In this document: piece after piece, positions 1-10,312 of the stretch
How the letters are laid out: every line of letters begins with the position of its first letter
Numbering within the stretch: position 1 is the first letter of the stretch
Source of the DNA: Bacillales bacterium UBA6120
Lineage (GTDB): Bacteria > Bacillota_I > Bacilli_A > RFN20 > CAG-826
NCBI GenBank assembly: GCA_002422535.1
Contig: DIVY01000024.1
Coordinates: forward strand, 20,904 to 84,903
Length of the DNA stretch: 64,000 bases
Reading direction: 5' to 3'
Notes under the pieces: model-generated
Told to the model about the DNA's origin: nothing
The model's input: the letters and a program-made list of their open reading frames with translations, nothing else
Database searches by the model: none
Position numbers and translations under genes: made by a program

Positions 1-485
1 ATATCGCCCGAAAATTTCCTGAAGTCGATTTCTATTATTTCGGGCCTCAACCGAATTTGTTATCACTTTGGTTTTTCAAACGGGAATACCGCACGGCTCC
101 TCCCAATGTTTATTTGAAAAAAACGATTCACGAGGATGTTTATCGCTCGGCGTTAATGAACGCGATTGTCTTCATGCTCCCCAGTTATTATCCTTCGGGC
201 ACGGTTTCGGTTCTTGATCCGATGATGAGCAAATGCCAAATCATCGCGCGCAAAACCGCAATCTACCCTGATCTTATCATTGATAAAAAGACAGGATTTA
301 TCGGCGATAGCAATTATGAACTCGAAAAGACACTCGCCCGCTTTTTAGCGGGGCAGCAACAAGCGACAACGGAACAGGCTTATCAAAAGGCCTTGGAATT
401 GGACCTTGAAAAAATCGCGCCTCGGCTCAAAGATATATATGAATCCTTGACGGGTCTAAATCAACAAGCGCTACCAATGAAATGA
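1..485 (+). CDS. Glycosyltransferase (GT-B, family 1/4-like), C-terminal part; the 5' end lies upstream of the window
   Basis: The frame is open from base 3 (IARKFPEVDFYYFGPQPN...) into the listed 57..485 ORF. The C-terminal pattern is GT1-type. Stop at 483-485. Confidence 0.55.
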   Translation, partial: IARKFPEVDFYYFGPQPNLLSLWFFKREYRTAPPNVYLKKTIHEDVYRSALMNAIVFMLPSYYPSGTVSVLDPMMSKCQIIARKTAIYPDLIIDKKTGFIGDSNYELEKTLARFLAGQQQATTEQAYQKALELDLEKIAPRLKDIYESLTGLNQQALPMK

Positions 486-495
486 GGATGTTATT

Positions 496-1770
496 ATGCT
501 CGATATTAATTACGTTGAAAAACATCAAGAAGAAGTAATACGGCTCCTTGCCAACAAAGGCTGGGAAGTTGACTTAACCGAGCTCGTTAATAATGTGGCG
601 ACCAAGCGCGCCCTCCAATTTAAAATTGAACAGGTCAAAGCGGAGGTCAATCGCCTTTCGGCTTCGGTCCCCGCGCTAAAAAAACAAGGACAGAATGTGA
701 CTCCAATCTTCGCGCAAGTCAAACAACTTAACGCGTCTAACGTTGAAGCTGAGCAAGCATTGAAAGCAATCGAACTAAAAATCAATGAAACGCTTTTTGC
801 GCTGCCGAACCTTCCTGATCCTGATTTAAAACCAGGTGGCAAGGAAAACAATGAAGTTATTGAAGTGTTCGGAACCAAACCCGTATTTGATTTCCCAATC
901 AAAGATCATGTCGAATTAGCCACTTCTTTAAAACTCGTTGATTATGCGCGGGCCGCCAAAATGTCGGGCGCTGGAACTTGGATTTATACTGGGGTGGGCG
1001 CTGAACTTGAGTGGGCGCTTCTTAATTTCTTCATCCAACAGCATTTAAAAGATGGGTACCAATTTATCTTACCGCCACATTTGCTTAATGAAGATTCGGG
1101 ATTTACCGCGGGACAATTTCCCAAATTCAAACAAGATGTATTTTGGCTAGACGGAATTGAACCAAAACGGTTTTTATTACCGACCGCTGAAACAGCATTA
1201 GTCAATTTTCACCGGCAAGAAATACTCAAAAAAGACGAACTGCCAAAAAAGTATTTTGCGTATACGCCATGTTATCGCTCCGAAGCCGGCAGTTATCGTT
1301 CAGAAGAGCGGGGCATGATTCGTGGCTACCAATTCAATAAAGTCGAAATCGTGCAGTACACAACCGCGGAAGGGTCTGATGCTGCCTTTACAGAGATGGT
1401 CGACAAAGCAGCGAATCTTGTCAAATTATTAGGTCTTCACTTCCAAGTGAGTAAATTGGCGGCCGGTGATTGTTCACATTCGATGGCGCGCACCGATGAT
1501 ATTGAAGTTTATATTCCCTCAATGGGAATTTATAAAGAAGTTAGCAGTGCGTCTAACGCCCGCGAATATCAAGCGCGCCGTGGCATGATGCGTTATCGCG
1601 ACGAAGATGGAAAAATCCACTATTGCCATACCCTTAATGCTTCGGGATTGGCAACCTCGCGCTTAATACCGGCCATCCTCGAACAGTACCAACTTCGCGA
1701 CGGGTCGGTCAAAGTACCCGATGTCCTCGTGCCATTTATTGGCAAAACCATTATCAAAAAGGAGCAATAA
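496..1770 (+). CDS. serS: Seryl-tRNA synthetase
   Basis: 424 aa with an N-terminal coiled-coil arm and class II core motifs (..PCYRSEAGSYRSEERGMIRGYQFNKVE.., ..TLNASGLATSR..). GAGGA lies upstream of the ATG. Confidence 0.95.
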   Translation: MLDINYVEKHQEEVIRLLANKGWEVDLTELVNNVATKRALQFKIEQVKAEVNRLSASVPALKKQGQNVTPIFAQVKQLNASNVEAEQALKAIELKINETLFALPNLPDPDLKPGGKENNEVIEVFGTKPVFDFPIKDHVELATSLKLVDYARAAKMSGAGTWIYTGVGAELEWALLNFFIQQHLKDGYQFILPPHLLNEDSGFTAGQFPKFKQDVFWLDGIEPKRFLLPTAETALVNFHRQEILKKDELPKKYFAYTPCYRSEAGSYRSEERGMIRGYQFNKVEIVQYTTAEGSDAAFTEMVDKAANLVKLLGLHFQVSKLAAGDCSHSMARTDDIEVYIPSMGIYKEVSSASNAREYQARRGMMRYRDEDGKIHYCHTLNASGLATSRLIPAILEQYQLRDGSVKVPDVLVPFIGKTIIKKEQ

Positions 1771-1790
1771 AACCGGGCAACCGGTTTTTC
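1771..1790 (+). terminator. Short hairpin plus T-run after serS
   Basis: aaccgg-gcaa-ccggtt followed by ttttt. The stem is short (6 bp) and sits only 4 nt before the next start. Confidence 0.4.
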
Positions 1791-1793
1791 TTT

Positions 1794-2306
1794 ATGAACA
1801 ATATTCGCGTTCTCGAATCGCCATTTGAACCTTGGGTGGCCGCCGATTGTCGCATTTTAATTTTGGGCAGCTTTCCTTCGGTCAAAGCGATCGAACAGGG
1901 ATATTATTATGGCAATCCGCAAAATCGTTTTTACGCCCTTATGAGCGCCTTGCTTAATGAAGATCTTGTTTGCCCTAGTGGTGTAAGCAAAAAGGATATT
2001 TTATTAAAACACCATATCGCCATTTGCGATGTTGTGGCCTCTTGTCGCATTAAAGGTTCCTCTGACGCCTCGATTCAAGCTGTAAAGTTTATCAATCTGA
2101 AAGCAATACTTGAAGGCACCCATATTAGACACATTTTTCTCAATGGCGGCACTGCCACTAATCTTTTTGATAAAGCGTTTCCCGAAATGATTGATTGGCG
2201 AACAAAATTACCCTCTACCAGTCCCGCTAACGCTAGAATGAGATTGGCCAATTTGGTAGACGCCTGGTCGCCAATCTATCAATATTTACGACCGAATAAT
2301 ATGTGA
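1794..2306 (+). CDS. DNA-deoxyinosine (hypoxanthine) glycosylase, UDG superfamily
   Basis: 170 aa with ILILGSFPS, YYGNPQNRFY and PSTSPAN motifs typical of the Mug/hypoxanthine-DNA glycosylase group. Confidence 0.7.
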   Translation: MNNIRVLESPFEPWVAADCRILILGSFPSVKAIEQGYYYGNPQNRFYALMSALLNEDLVCPSGVSKKDILLKHHIAICDVVASCRIKGSSDASIQAVKFINLKAILEGTHIRHIFLNGGTATNLFDKAFPEMIDWRTKLPSTSPANARMRLANLVDAWSPIYQYLRPNNM

Positions 2307-2318
2307 TATAATCAAGAT

Positions 2319-2397
2319 GCCATCGCGATGGGATAAGTGCGAACCAGGTCAGGACGGAAACGCAGCAGCCTTAAACATCTTGCTCATGTGCGGTGGT
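2319..2397 (+). ncRNA. ffs: Small (4.5S-type) signal recognition particle RNA
   Basis: Contains CCAGGTCAGGAC-GGAA-ACGCAGCAGCC, matching the conserved helix-8 GGUCAGG...GGAA...AGCAGCC core. The terminal helix gccatcgc (2319-2326) pairs with gcggtggt (2390-2397) using G-U pairs. It lies under the implausible N-terminal extension of the tadA ORF. Confidence 0.8.
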
Positions 2398-2408
2398 TTC
2401 TCTCTTTA

Positions 2409-2873
2409 ATGAAACAAGACAAAACAACATATTTTATGAAATCGGCCCTTCGCCAAGCGAAAAAAGCCGCATTAATCGACGAAGTCCCTATCGGCTGCGT
2501 TATTGTTAAAAATGGACGTATTATCGCTAAAGGGCATAATGTTCGCGAGTCGCATCTTGACCCCACCGGACACGCCGAGATGATTGCCATAAGGCAAGCC
2601 GCACGCAAGCTAAAATCTTGGCGGTTGAATGGCTGTGATCTTTATGTCACGATTGAACCATGTTCGATGTGTGCCGGAGCGATTGTGCTAGCGCGAATTG
2701 ATAAGGTAATCTTTGGGGCCAGCGACCCTAAAGGTGGAGCGCTTGGGTCATCATACAACTTATATGAACAACCCAAGTTGAATCATTATCCCAGCGTGAT
2801 ATCCGGCGTAATGAATTCCGAATGCCAAACGATGATATCCAATTACTTTAAAACCAAAAGAAATCAAAAATAG
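2409..2873 (+). CDS. tadA: tRNA adenosine(34) deaminase
   Basis: HAEMIAI and PCSMCAGA zinc motifs. I moved the start to ATG 2409 because the GTG at 2337 would read through the SRP RNA. Confidence 0.9.
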   Translation: MKQDKTTYFMKSALRQAKKAALIDEVPIGCVIVKNGRIIAKGHNVRESHLDPTGHAEMIAIRQAARKLKSWRLNGCDLYVTIEPCSMCAGAIVLARIDKVIFGASDPKGGALGSSYNLYEQPKLNHYPSVISGVMNSECQTMISNYFKTKRNQK

Positions 2874-2899
2874 GGGCTTTTTGCAAAGATATTAAAGTT

Positions 2900-3955
2900 A
2901 TGACAAACATTAGAAAAATGACAATGATGGCACTTTTTATCGCTTTTCTTTCATCTTGCACATCATCGGTAACGATTTCTTTCTACTCTTTTAGTTACCC
3001 AAGTTATACAAGCCCCGCGTTTGACTTCAATCCGATTTTTGGCACCAAGCGCAAACTTTCCGAATACGAGATTACACGTAGTTTTGGTTTGGTAGAATCA
3101 ACCTTATTTGAGGGACCCGTTTTAAACCCTCAAAACTACGCCGAAGATGAAACGGGAGATCCATACTATCGTGAAGATGAAAGCAGCATTGTCGCAGAGC
3201 CCATTGACTATTCGGAAGAAGAAATTATATTTGAAGGTCAAAATAATATTTTGCATGATTTTTTGGAAACCAAACAAGGCGGATCTTTATCAGAAGTTGA
3301 AATAACGGAACTATTTGATATTCTCGACCAAAATGATGAGATTATTAATCATCAAGAAGTCGTTTCTTCGGAAACCATTCTTTATCACGGCTTTTTAGAC
3401 GGGCAACAATATAGTTATAACAACTATCACAAGATTGAACAGCGAGAACTGACAAGGTTTGACAATGACATTATTGACGGAAGTGGTTCTGGCATTGTTT
3501 ATTTCCAAGACGGGTTTGAACACGAATATACCCTTACGGAACAAATTCAGGCTACGGGGTTTAAAGTGTATGAAATACGTGATGAGACTTTTCCTTCCGG
3601 AAGTACATCGGCATTTGATTATAAGATATCGAGCATGCGCCAACCGGGAATGTTTAAACAAGCGTTAACGATGGGCGGAGGAGGTCGCGCCAAGCGTTTC
3701 ATCACCGACACCCTCGAGATTTATGCCCCATACCTTGATTATGAAAGCGATGATTTCAGCGAATATTATTCTTATGACATTACCTCCGAAAAAACGGAGG
3801 AAAAAACAACAGTAACCTTTACATTACAAATCGATCAACATTTAGAAGCCGAAACTAAAATGGTTTATGAGATGGACCTGATATATGAAATCATCATTGA
3901 AGATGGAATCGTTACAACCATTCACGCTCATCAGGTAACATGGGCAAATCTATAA
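2900..3955 (+). CDS. Acidic lipoprotein, function unknown
   Basis: Signal peptide with lipobox (ALFIAFLSSC). The mature part is D/E-rich. No recognisable catalytic motif. Confidence 0.6.
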   Translation: MTNIRKMTMMALFIAFLSSCTSSVTISFYSFSYPSYTSPAFDFNPIFGTKRKLSEYEITRSFGLVESTLFEGPVLNPQNYAEDETGDPYYREDESSIVAEPIDYSEEEIIFEGQNNILHDFLETKQGGSLSEVEITELFDILDQNDEIINHQEVVSSETILYHGFLDGQQYSYNNYHKIEQRELTRFDNDIIDGSGSGIVYFQDGFEHEYTLTEQIQATGFKVYEIRDETFPSGSTSAFDYKISSMRQPGMFKQALTMGGGGRAKRFITDTLEIYAPYLDYESDDFSEYYSYDITSEKTEEKTTVTFTLQIDQHLEAETKMVYEMDLIYEIIIEDGIVTTIHAHQVTWANL

Positions 3956-4009
3956 ATCATAAGTCGTCAATACTGACCGCGGCACCCTATTATTGTATAA
4001 TAAGTTTTT

Positions 4010-6544
4010 ATGAAAGAAAGAGAAAACGCCATGCTTGAATTAAGAGAGATTACAAAACAATATATGGTCGGGAAACGACCATTACAGGCGCTTAATGGCA
4101 TCAATTTACACTTCGATGACAAAGAATTTGTGGCCATATTAGGACCTTCTGGTTGTGGCAAAACGACGCTTTTAAATTTGATTGGCGGCCTTGACCAATA
4201 CACGACCGGGGATTTAATTATCGATGGACTTTCGACAAAGAATTTTAAAGATCGCGACTGGGATAGCTACCGGAATCATCGTGTGGGATTTGTATTTCAA
4301 ACATATAACTTAATCATGCACCTCAATGTACTTCAAAATGTTGAGCTGTCGATGACATTATCCGGCGTTGGCGCGTCAGAACGCAAACGACGAGCGACGA
4401 AAGTACTTGAAGATGTTGGACTGGGCGACAAGATTTATAAGAAGCCGAACCAATTATCTGGCGGAGAAATGCAACGTGTCGCCATTGCGCGGTCGATGGT
4501 TAATAAACCAGACATTCTTTTAGCCGACGAACCGACTGGTGCTCTTGATAGTGTCACGTCAATGACAATTCTTGAGATGCTTAAAGACATTAGCAAAAAA
4601 CGGCTTGTAATTATGGTGACCCATAATCGCGAACTCGCCGAAAAATTTGCCACCCGCATCATTAAATTAAAAGACGGAATGGTTATCTCTGATTCCGCGA
4701 ATACCGATTCAATTAAAGTGCCCGATGTGATTGGTGAAGAAGTTGGCAAAAAGACATCGATGAGTTTTAAGACAGCCTTACATATTAGTTACAATAACTT
4801 ACTAACTAAAAAAGGCCGGACAATTATGACGGCTTTCGCTGGCAGTATCGGCATTATTGGCGTGGCCCTTGTTATCGCTGTATCTAATGGTTTTACCAAT
4901 TATATTCATCGAATTGAATCTTCAACATTATCGGGCTTTCCAATAACTGTAAATAGTGTCGCCTTTAATTTTGCGCCACCTGATCGCGTCGTCGACGTGC
5001 CACTATTCCCCGAAGAGGACAATGTGCTAGTTTATGACCAGGAATTAATTGCTGGCCACGTAAATAGTTGGACACCAGAATATTTTGATTATATTGAAGG
5101 AATTACTGAGCTATCAGCTGTTAATAGCATTAGCTACCGTTATTCAGTCGGCATGAATCTCGCTGTCAAGAGTCCGGCGGGGAATGTGTCAATGTGGGAT
5201 GAAGACGGGGGCGGAATTTTTACTACTCTATCTAATCTATCCACTTCGTCTTGGCACGAACTGCTTGGCGATGAAACTTTCGTCAGCCAGTATTATGAAA
5301 TACTGGGCACTGAGGGCGAAAGCCGATACCCAGAGTCGGTTGATGAAGTCGTCCTTATCGTTGATGAATACAATCGCGTTGAACGGGAAATCCTTCAAAA
5401 TTTGGGATTACTAAATTCCGCGGATGGTAACACGACCAACATCACGTTTGATGACATTATCGGCAAACAAGTGCGCCTGTTTAATAATGATGAATATTAC
5501 ATTTATGATCCAAGCACTTCAATTACCGTAACCGATGTAATTGCCGGGGCTAAAGAAATGCGGATGTATCGACGTCCCGATATCACGGAGTTAACGGGAC
5601 TTTTTGCTGACCCCGATATCGGGCGGACGATAACCATCACAGGCATTATGCGACCCCGCGAAGCCTCGGCCACAAGTTTAATGGCGACAGGACTTGGTTA
5701 TCTTCCCGAACTTGCGGGCGTGATGATGGAGGAAAACGCTGCCTCAGCCATCGCGACTGATCACTTCAATAATTATTATTTAGAAGCGATGAATATCGGC
5801 GGTACCATTATCAATGTGCCACATTTTTATAGCACGCTTCACCAAGGCGTCGAATCTTCACCGCTTGATTATATTAATCACGCCAAATATTTAGGGACCG
5901 ATTTATCCACTAATGAAATTATTGTGTCGGCGCTTGATCAACTGAGCACGAGCGTTCCGATTAATCTGTCGCTCATCGCCGGTATATCCATATTCCCAAG
6001 GAGTTTCGCTGATAAGGAAATTATCATTGAATACCTAGACGCTTGGAATGATGTCCACGATGACAACGAACATATTTATTACACCGATTTAGCAGAAAAT
6101 TTAACATCTTCTTTGGGAACTATGATTGATGTCATATCTATTGTATTAATTGTTTTTGCCAGCATATCCCTCGTGGTTTCTAGTGTCATGATTGGCATCA
6201 TTACCTATGTGTCCGTGATTGAAAGAACAAAAGAAATTGGTGTTTTGCGAGCGATTGGCGCAAGGAAGAAAGATATTGCGCGCCTGTTTGAAGCGGAAAC
6301 GGTCATCATTGGATTTTCCGCTGGTGTTATTGGCGTGGTTATTACTTTGTTATTAACGATTCCCATTAATTTAATTTTAAATGCCGCTTTCCCAGGGCAA
6401 GGTTTAGGGGCGATTGCCTCGCTTAACCCGCTTCATGGATTGCTCTTAATTATAATAAGTGTCGGACTTACTTTGTTCTCAGGATTGATGCCGAGCCGTG
6501 TCGCCAGCAACAAGGATCCTGTCGTGGCACTGAGGACAGAATAG
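4010..6544 (+). CDS. Fused ABC transporter ATP-binding/permease protein, MacB/FtsX type
   Basis: Walker [10 protein letters not shown], signature LSGGEMQR, Walker B LLADEPTG, then a large extracytoplasmic region and a C-terminal FtsX-type 4-TM domain (..[19 protein letters not shown]..). ATG 4031 is an alternative start. Confidence 0.85.
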   Translation: MKERENAMLELREITKQYMVGKRPLQALNGINLHFDDKEFVAILGPSGCGKTTLLNLIGGLDQYTTGDLIIDGLSTKNFKDRDWDSYRNHRVGFVFQTYNLIMHLNVLQNVELSMTLSGVGASERKRRATKVLEDVGLGDKIYKKPNQLSGGEMQRVAIARSMVNKPDILLADEPTGALDSVTSMTILEMLKDISKKRLVIMVTHNRELAEKFATRIIKLKDGMVISDSANTDSIKVPDVIGEEVGKKTSMSFKTALHISYNNLLTKKGRTIMTAFAGSIGIIGVALVIAVSNGFTNYIHRIESSTLSGFPITVNSVAFNFAPPDRVVDVPLFPEEDNVLVYDQELIAGHVNSWTPEYFDYIEGITELSAVNSISYRYSVGMNLAVKSPAGNVSMWDEDGGGIFTTLSNLSTSSWHELLGDETFVSQYYEILGTEGESRYPESVDEVVLIVDEYNRVEREILQNLGLLNSADGNTTNITFDDIIGKQVRLFNNDEYYIYDPSTSITVTDVIAGAKEMRMYRRPDITELTGLFADPDIGRTITITGIMRPREASATSLMATGLGYLPELAGVMMEENAASAIATDHFNNYYLEAMNIGGTIINVPHFYSTLHQGVESSPLDYINHAKYLGTDLSTNEIIVSALDQLSTSVPINLSLIAGISIFPRSFADKEIIIEYLDAWNDVHDDNEHIYYTDLAENLTSSLGTMIDVISIVLIVFASISLVVSSVMIGIITYVSVIERTKEIGVLRAIGARKKDIARLFEAETVIIGFSAGVIGVVITLLLTIPINLILNAAFPGQGLGAIASLNPLHGLLLIIISVGLTLFSGLMPSRVASNKDPVVALRTE

Positions 6545-7446
6545 TGATTTTTATTGCCCCTCACATTCACGAAGCTTTAGAAAACAAAAAACCGGTTGTT
6601 GCTTTAGAATCAACCATTATTTCTCATGGTATGCCATATCCGCAAAATGTAGCGACGGCCTTATCCGTTGAACAAGAAATAATTAATCAAGGAGCGGTTC
6701 CGGCCACGATCGGCATTATCGATGGGGATGCCATAATCGGTATGAGTCATGACCAAATCGAGCAATTCGGCAAGCGTCAAGGAATTAGCAAAGTATCGCG
6801 CCGCGATCTCCCACATATCTATGCCACTAAATCTTGGGGAGCGACCACGGTTGCCGCCACCATGATACTAGCCAAACAAGCCGGCATCGAAGTTTTTGTG
6901 ACCGGAGGCATTGGTGGCGTCCATCGAAATGCCGAAGTTACGATGGACATATCGGCTGATTTAGAAGAATTGGCACGCACTGATGTTACCGTCATTTGCG
7001 CAGGAGCCAAAGCAATTCTCGATTTACCAAAGACACTTCAATATTTGGAAACCAAAGGCGTGCCTGTCTATGGATTTCAAACGAAGAGGCTTCCGGCGTT
7101 TTATGTTAGAGATTCGGGGTTAACACTCGACTATGAAATAAACGATGAAGCAGAAGCAGCCAGGATTATCCGTACTAAACGAGCGAACAATCTTCACGGA
7201 GGAATTTTAATAACTGTTCCAATCCCTCGCGAATTTGCGCTTGATAAAACAGCAATGGATTACGCCATCAAAACGGCGCTTGATGAAGCCGATAAATTTA
7301 ATATCAAAGGTTACGAAGTAACGCCGTTTCTCCTTCGCCGCGTTGGCGAACTAACAAAAGGGGCATCGCTTGAAAGTAATATTGCCCTTATTAAAAACAA
7401 CGCTCGAATTGGAGCGCGTATCGCCAAGGAATTAGTTTTGATATGA
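6544..7446 (+). CDS. psuG: Pseudouridine-5'-phosphate glycosidase
   Basis: PVVALESTIISHGMPYPQN and GGIGGVHR motifs; 300 aa. The GTG start overlaps the upstream stop. Confidence 0.9.
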   Translation: MIFIAPHIHEALENKKPVVALESTIISHGMPYPQNVATALSVEQEIINQGAVPATIGIIDGDAIIGMSHDQIEQFGKRQGISKVSRRDLPHIYATKSWGATTVAATMILAKQAGIEVFVTGGIGGVHRNAEVTMDISADLEELARTDVTVICAGAKAILDLPKTLQYLETKGVPVYGFQTKRLPAFYVRDSGLTLDYEINDEAEAARIIRTKRANNLHGGILITVPIPREFALDKTAMDYAIKTALDEADKFNIKGYEVTPFLLRRVGELTKGASLESNIALIKNNARIGARIAKELVLI

Positions 7447-7991
7447 CAACAGAATTTATTCTTGCGGAAGCATTAAAAAAGATGATGGCGCTACAACCGC
7501 TTGAACAAATAACGGTTAAGGCTCTCGTTGAAAAATGCGATATCACCAGACCGACGTTTTATTATCACTTTCATGACATTTATGATTTGCTGGCATGGAT
7601 TTTCCTTAACGAAAAAATTGAAGGCATCGATAAAGCTGCCTCATGGCAAGAAGCCATCTTAAAAATTGGCCGTTATTGTGTGACGAATCGTTCGCTCGTG
7701 CGCCAAACACATGAAAGCGCGGGACGCGATCTGCTAATTGAATTTTTAAATAATAATCTCTATGCCTTTCACCTTCGCGCCATAGAAACAATCGATGTTC
7801 AAAAACGTATAGACATTGATGATAGAAAAAGGCTGGCCCTGTTTTATAGTGCCGCGCTTAATGCTGTTTTGCTTGATTGGATTCGTTCAAATATGAAAGA
7901 ACCGCTTCTTGCTATTACGGAACGATTGTCGCCACTAGTGGGAAATTATTTAGAACCCTTAATTAAGGAGCAGATATATGAAAACGTTTGA
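7443..7991 (+). CDS. TetR/AcrR family transcriptional regulator (DhaS-like)
   Basis: N-terminal HTH ..ITVKALVEKCDITRPTFYYHF..; ATGA overlap with psuG. Confidence 0.8.
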   Translation: MTTEFILAEALKKMMALQPLEQITVKALVEKCDITRPTFYYHFHDIYDLLAWIFLNEKIEGIDKAASWQEAILKIGRYCVTNRSLVRQTHESAGRDLLIEFLNNNLYAFHLRAIETIDVQKRIDIDDRKRLALFYSAALNAVLLDWIRSNMKEPLLAITERLSPLVGNYLEPLIKEQIYENV

Positions 7992-9150
7992 TTTCTATTT
8001 GCCAACCCGAGTCTATTTTGGTCGGGGCCGCGAGAATGAAACGGGTAAAATCGTCAAAGAATTAGGCCATAAGAAAGTCTTGCTTCATTATGGGCTTGGT
8101 TCGGTTGTCAAAAGCGGACTATTGGAGCGTGTTAAAAAATCATTGACCGAAGTTGGCATCTTATTTGTCGAGCTTGGTGGTGCAAAACCAAACCCCGAGA
8201 TTGCGCTCGTGCGCGAATTAAGAACGTTGGCACAGCAAGAACATGTCGACCTAATCATTGCCATTGGCGGCGGATCCGCTATCGATTCGGCGAAAATCGC
8301 CGCGGCCGCATTTTACTACCAAGGTGATCCTTTCGATATCTTGCTCCATAAACATGTACCAACACGGAGTCTGCCGGTCGGCATTATCCTCACAATTGCC
8401 GCGGCCGGAAGTGAAATGTCATCTTCGGCGGTTGTCACTGATCCTACCACCAAAACAAAACGAGGCTTTAATAGCGAATTGAATCGTCCCTTATTTACTA
8501 TCATGAATCCCGAACTCACTTATAGCGTTTCGAAATACCAAACGGCAGTGGGCGTTGTCGATATGATGATGCATACCCTCGAACGATATTTCCGTCCGTC
8601 CGCCCCGCTTGAATTTGCCGATTCAATGGCCGAAGCCATAATAAAGGCAGTGATTGAAGCCGGACCCATCGCCGTTAATGATCCCAAAAATTATGATGCT
8701 AGGGCAACATTAATGGTCGCCAGTTCGTGGGCTCATAATGGATTAACTAGCATTGGAAAAGATGTGGAGATGCCTGTTCATATGTTAGAACATGTCGTCA
8801 GTGGCTTATACCCCGCAGTACCTCATGGCGCCGGTCTCGCAGTGTTATTCCCTGCGTGGGCATTACATTTTTATAAGCACGATATTCCTAAATTTGACCA
8901 GTTTGCCCATAAGGTTATGGGCGTTCATCTTGATGACCCCATTAAAAATGCTGAAACTGGCATCTTGAAGTTAAGAGAGTTTTTTGGTAGTTTAGGTATG
9001 CCACTTACTTTAAGGGAACTCGGAATCGATAATCCCGACATCGATTGGATGGTCGCGAAGTTGACGCATGGCGGTACACGTGTGGTTGATCACTATGGAC
9101 AACCGCTCGACCAAGAAGTAGCGAGAAGCATTTATACTTCATGTCGATAA
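7978..9150 (+). CDS. Iron-containing (group III) alcohol dehydrogenase
   Basis: GGGSAIDSAK nucleotide motif and His-rich metal site (..HMLEHVVSGLYPAVPHGAG..); 390 aa. Confidence 0.85.
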   Translation: MKTFDFYLPTRVYFGRGRENETGKIVKELGHKKVLLHYGLGSVVKSGLLERVKKSLTEVGILFVELGGAKPNPEIALVRELRTLAQQEHVDLIIAIGGGSAIDSAKIAAAAFYYQGDPFDILLHKHVPTRSLPVGIILTIAAAGSEMSSSAVVTDPTTKTKRGFNSELNRPLFTIMNPELTYSVSKYQTAVGVVDMMMHTLERYFRPSAPLEFADSMAEAIIKAVIEAGPIAVNDPKNYDARATLMVASSWAHNGLTSIGKDVEMPVHMLEHVVSGLYPAVPHGAGLAVLFPAWALHFYKHDIPKFDQFAHKVMGVHLDDPIKNAETGILKLREFFGSLGMPLTLRELGIDNPDIDWMVAKLTHGGTRVVDHYGQPLDQEVARSIYTSCR

Positions 9151-9159
9151 GGAGTAAGT

Positions 9160-10266
9160 ATGCGTAAAGAAGATTTATTTAGTTTGGCTGTCTATGCGGT
9201 GATGATTGTCATCGCTTTATTTGTTGGCTTACAAGTGATTGCCCCATCGTTTACCGTCACCGGCATTACGGGAACCAATCAATATTTATTTGCCTTAGGC
9301 TCGATCATGGCAGGTTTTTTCATTAATGTTATCTTGCTAGAGCTTGGCCACGTCGTTGGCGCTAAGGTTGGCGGATATGATGTTTTATCGGTCAATATAT
9401 TAGGTTTTTGCCTTTATAAGCACGATGGAAAATTCAAATTTGGCATCCGCTCGTTTGATGGATTAACCGGAGAAACTAAAATCACACCGCGAAAACAAAA
9501 TGCGTCGCCTTATCCCAACCTTTGGTTTGGGCTTATTTTCTTCGTGATTGAATTTATCGCCGGAATTGTCGCTTATTCATTAATTCCGACGGATTTATGG
9601 ATTCGTTATTCCATTATCATTGCCACAGCAGTCGGCGGCATGCTCATGTTTTATAATGTAATGCCATTAAAACTCGACACGATGAACGATGGCTATCGTA
9701 TGGCTTTAATATCAAAAGGTGTTAACGTTGAAGCATACAACGAGCTGATGCGGATTGAACGGCTATATAGCGAAGGCAAGGAGCCCGACGGCATTAAAAC
9801 ATTTGAAGAAATCACCACCCTGACGGCGCAAGTGAACCTTTATCGCGTCTATGAGCTCTTGGGACTGGACAAGTTTGAGGAAGCTGAGGCGCTACTTGAT
9901 AACATTATCGCTAAACCCGAAAAGCTAAACGATGTCACGAACGGACGGGTCTTTTCACAAAAGATTTATATTCGTTTGCTTTTGTCGTCCAAAGAAGAAG
10001 GGGTGGAGTTTTATAAAAACAAAATGAATTCGCGGCAAAAGAAATTCTTGGCCAGCGATTTATCAATGGAATCGTTACGGGCTTATCTACTTGTAGCGGG
10101 CACGGTTGAAGATAGTCAAAGCGAATGCATTTATGTGCTTGAGCGCAAAAAAGGGGCTTTAAAGCGATCGGTTGAACCAGGACGAAAAGACGTTGAAAAC
10201 CGCCTATTTGACAAAGCGTTTGATAAAGTCAAAACCGAACATCCCGATTGGACATTCACTTACTAG
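9160..10266 (+). CDS. Polytopic membrane protein, M50 (site-2 protease)-like with a degenerate metal motif and a C-terminal helical domain
   Basis: LELGHVVGAK sits where M50 enzymes have HExGH. A downstream NVMPLKLDTMNDG resembles the NxxPxxxLDG motif. There are 4-5 predicted TM segments. Confidence 0.5.
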   Translation: MRKEDLFSLAVYAVMIVIALFVGLQVIAPSFTVTGITGTNQYLFALGSIMAGFFINVILLELGHVVGAKVGGYDVLSVNILGFCLYKHDGKFKFGIRSFDGLTGETKITPRKQNASPYPNLWFGLIFFVIEFIAGIVAYSLIPTDLWIRYSIIIATAVGGMLMFYNVMPLKLDTMNDGYRMALISKGVNVEAYNELMRIERLYSEGKEPDGIKTFEEITTLTAQVNLYRVYELLGLDKFEEAEALLDNIIAKPEKLNDVTNGRVFSQKIYIRLLLSSKEEGVEFYKNKMNSRQKKFLASDLSMESLRAYLLVAGTVEDSQSECIYVLERKKGALKRSVEPGRKDVENRLFDKAFDKVKTEHPDWTFTY

Positions 10267-10278
10267 CTAATAAAAACG

Positions 10279-10307
10279 CTTAGGCATTGAAACTTAAGGG
10301 TTTTTTT
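10279..10307 (+). terminator. Rho-independent terminator between convergent genes
   Basis: cttagg-cattgaaa-cttaag hairpin (one G-U pair) followed by ggttttttt. Confidence 0.5.
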
Positions 10308-10312
10308 GATGC

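Noticed and set aside
525-1205. Antisense ORFs 525..902 and 984..1205 inside serS
   Set aside because: They are shadow ORFs opposite a strongly conserved gene, with no RBS and low-complexity S/A/L-rich translations.
2337-2408. N-terminal 24 codons of the listed tadA ORF (GTG 2337)
   Set aside because: This stretch is the 3' two-thirds of the SRP RNA. The peptide (MRTRSGRKRSSLKHLAHVRWFLSL) has no counterpart in TadA proteins, and ATG 2409 gives a normal TadA N-terminus.
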